Positions 62,286 to 64,000 of a DNA stretch of 64,000 nucleotides are shown here, piece after piece. Both the position numbers and the translations under genes were made by a program. The notes under the pieces were generated by a model, which had not been told where the DNA came from, made no database searches, and saw only the letters and a program-made list of their open reading frames with translations. Within the stretch, counting starts at the first letter, position 1. Each line of letters opens with the position of its first letter. This DNA is from Candidatus Gottesmanbacteria bacterium (lineage in GTDB: Bacteria > Patescibacteriota > Microgenomatia > UBA10105 > UBA927): the NCBI GenBank assembly GCA_963714095.1, contig OY970230.1, positions 831,907 to 895,906 of the forward strand, written 5' to 3'.

Positions 62286-64000
62286 ATGAAGCAAAAACCG
62301 AAGTACCTCGTAAACGTAATGACGTTGTACCAGACCCTGTTCTATTGGGCACTCGTCCTCCTTTGGGGAGGAACGCTCATTTGGTTCTGGACATGGTGGC
62401 TTCAAAGCACCCATGTTGTCACGGTGGTCGGCTTATTAATTACCAGTTATGTCGCCGCCTACCAGACGATCATCCCTGGATGGTTCTATTGGTTCGCGGG
62501 ACGGGCAAAGAAGCCGAACATGAATCTGCCTTTTCCGAAAGGACGTGTCGCCATAATGACGACAAAAGTCCCATCGGAACCCAACGAGATGATGTATCAC
62601 ACGCTTTCAGCCATGCTGGCTCAGAAATATCCTGGGCGATTCGATGTATGGCTTGCGGCTGAAGAGTCCCGGCAAGATAATCCGGCTCTGTATGCCTGGT
62701 GTGAAACGCATCACGTTGGCGTCACCTGTCGCAAGGGAATTCCGGAATTTAATCGGAAAACATATCCCGGACAGGCAAAAACCAAGGAAGGCAATACGCT
62801 TTCTTGGTATGAGATGGTTGGATACAAGAACTATGATTACGTCGTGCAGTTGGATGCCGATCACTCCCCTGCCAATTCTGATTATTTGCATCAGATGATT
62901 GCACCGTTTATCAACCCGAAAGTCGGATTGGTAGCGGCACCGAGCATGAACGATGCAAACTATGATGAATCGTGGGCAGTCCGCGGCCGCGTTAATGCTG
63001 AAACTACCTTCCATGGCCTCATGCAGGCAGGATATGCTGCAGACGGATGTGCCATGGGCATTGGTTCGCATTACGCAGTACGCACTGCTGCTCTCAAAGC
63101 CGCAGGCGGCCCTGGCCCTACACGCGCAGAAGATGCGTCAACTACGCTCTTCATAAATGTGGCCGGCTATGACAGCGTCTTTTCTATGGACGCCCTAGCC
63201 CATGGCGAAGGCCCCGGATCGTTCGGTGCGGTCGCGACACAGGAAGTTGACTGGTCGAGTTCTTTGACCCGTATTCTTCTGGAGTGGATGCCGAAAGTTT
63301 TTCATAAGCTGCCGCTACGGAAGAAGATCATATTCCTGTTTTCCCAGGGATGGTACCCGCTGTATGGAAGCATAATGCTCGTAGGGATCATCCTTCCGAC
63401 GATTGCGATGCTGACCAAAACGCCATGGATGTCCATGAATTATCTGGATTTTCTTTGGCGCTGGTGGATGCTGATAATCTGTTGCATCCTGCCTATTTGG
63501 TTCATCAAAGCACATGGCTGGTTCCGACCGTCGAATGCACCCCTCATTAGTTGGGAGGCTATAGCATTTCAGATGGTGCGCTGGCCATGGGTCGTCATTG
63601 GTTGTATCTGGGGAGCCATCGGTGCGCTCTTTAAAACAAGTTACACTTTCCATATCACTCCGAAAGGAGCGAACAAAGAGCGGCCCTTAGGTTTCACTTC
63701 CATAGTGCCCTATCTCGGTATTGTTTTGCTCGTGGGATGGGCAATTATGATGATCGGATCAGCCGGAAAAGCCGAAGGATATCGTTTTTTGGCTTTACTG
63801 GACGTTGCAATGTACACTGCCGCACTTTTAATCATCGTGCTCCGGCATTACAAAGAAGTCGGCGACCTCCGAAGCAGACTTTCAGGAATACCGGGAGTAC
63901 TCGGCAGCATCGTAAGCATTGTACTGGTCCTGGTGGCAACGCTCAGCGCGTTTCCGAAACTGGAACCGGTATTTGCCGAAAATAAAGTGGTACAGGCAAC
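62286..64000 (+). CDS. Cellulose-synthase-like processive GT2 glycosyltransferase (BcsA-like). Its 3' end runs off the window.
   Basis: The SD AAGGAG lies 8 nt upstream. Two N-terminal TM helices are predicted. The motifs are DADH (VVQLDADHSP), the Q-x-x-R-W motif FQMVRWPWV, and C-terminal TM helices. There is no stop before position 64000. Confidence 0.7.
   Translation, partial: MKQKPKYLVNVMTLYQTLFYWALVLLWGGTLIWFWTWWLQSTHVVTVVGLLITSYVAAYQTIIPGWFYWFAGRAKKPNMNLPFPKGRVAIMTTKVPSEPNEMMYHTLSAMLAQKYPGRFDVWLAAEESRQDNPALYAWCETHHVGVTCRKGIPEFNRKTYPGQAKTKEGNTLSWYEMVGYKNYDYVVQLDADHSPANSDYLHQMIAPFINPKVGLVAAPSMNDANYDESWAVRGRVNAETTFHGLMQAGYAADGCAMGIGSHYAVRTAALKAAGGPGPTRAEDASTTLFINVAGYDSVFSMDALAHGEGPGSFGAVATQEVDWSSSLTRILLEWMPKVFHKLPLRKKIIFLFSQGWYPLYGSIMLVGIILPTIAMLTKTPWMSMNYLDFLWRWWMLIICCILPIWFIKAHGWFRPSNAPLISWEAIAFQMVRWPWVVIGCIWGAIGALFKTSYTFHITPKGANKERPLGFTSIVPYLGIVLLVGWAIMMIGSAGKAEGYRFLALLDVAMYTAALLIIVLRHYKEVGDLRSRLSGIPGVLGSIVSIVLVLVATLSAFPKLEPVFAENKVVQA

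Overview
Window from a compact bacterial genome at about 50% GC using the standard genetic code (TGA is a stop). The gene content suggests a CPR/Patescibacteria-like organism: sortase, MreB, a glycogen-synthase-like gene, archaeal-type CoA enzymes and many surface glycosyltransferases. Housekeeping genes are scattered through the window: ndk, maf, mreB, deoC, rpe-like, galT-like, rplJ-rplL, two tRNAs and an M16 peptidase. The dominant feature is an 11.2 kb locus (27257-38453) encoding a giant collagen-like fibre protein of about 3,700 aa if contiguous. It has an N-terminal signal anchor and a roughly 340-aa N-terminal domain. This is followed by about 7.8 kb of Gly-X-Y triplets ([19 protein letters not shown]...) organised in 108/117-nt higher-order tandem units. 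Next comes a xINIGxG beta-roll-like (Hep_Hag/YadA-head-like) region, and a terminal H-type-lectin-like domain. Immediately upstream and co-directional is a membrane-embedded regulator with an N-terminal HTH, a polytopic membrane domain and an extracytoplasmic Cache-like sensor. Phased TTGTAA/TTACAA boxes lie in front of this regulator and again at the 5' end of the fibre gene. Downstream are an SH3b-domain gene, a dockerin-repeat gene and a roughly 14 kb glycosylation island. The island holds at least 5 PMT/ArnT-like GT-C membrane glycosyltransferases, a DegT aminotransferase, a GT2 polyprenyl-phosphate sugar transferase, a methyltransferase, GT4s and a UbiA prenyltransferase. I interpret this, by inference, as a sensor-regulated, O-glycosylated trimeric collagen-lectin surface fibre system resembling a bacterial collectin or a BclA-like protein. 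As assembled, the fibre gene is broken by roughly 25 frameshifts and one in-frame stop, all downstream of position 31100, and several neighbouring non-repetitive genes are also frameshifted. Either sequence quality is poor here or the genes are genuinely decaying, and read-level checking is needed. Other notable items are a sortase with an LPVAG substrate, a tRNA-adjacent 646-aa protein with ParB/DGQHR-like motifs, an archaeal-type PPAT-DUF359 fusion, and a cellulose-synthase-like GT2 with a structured leader.
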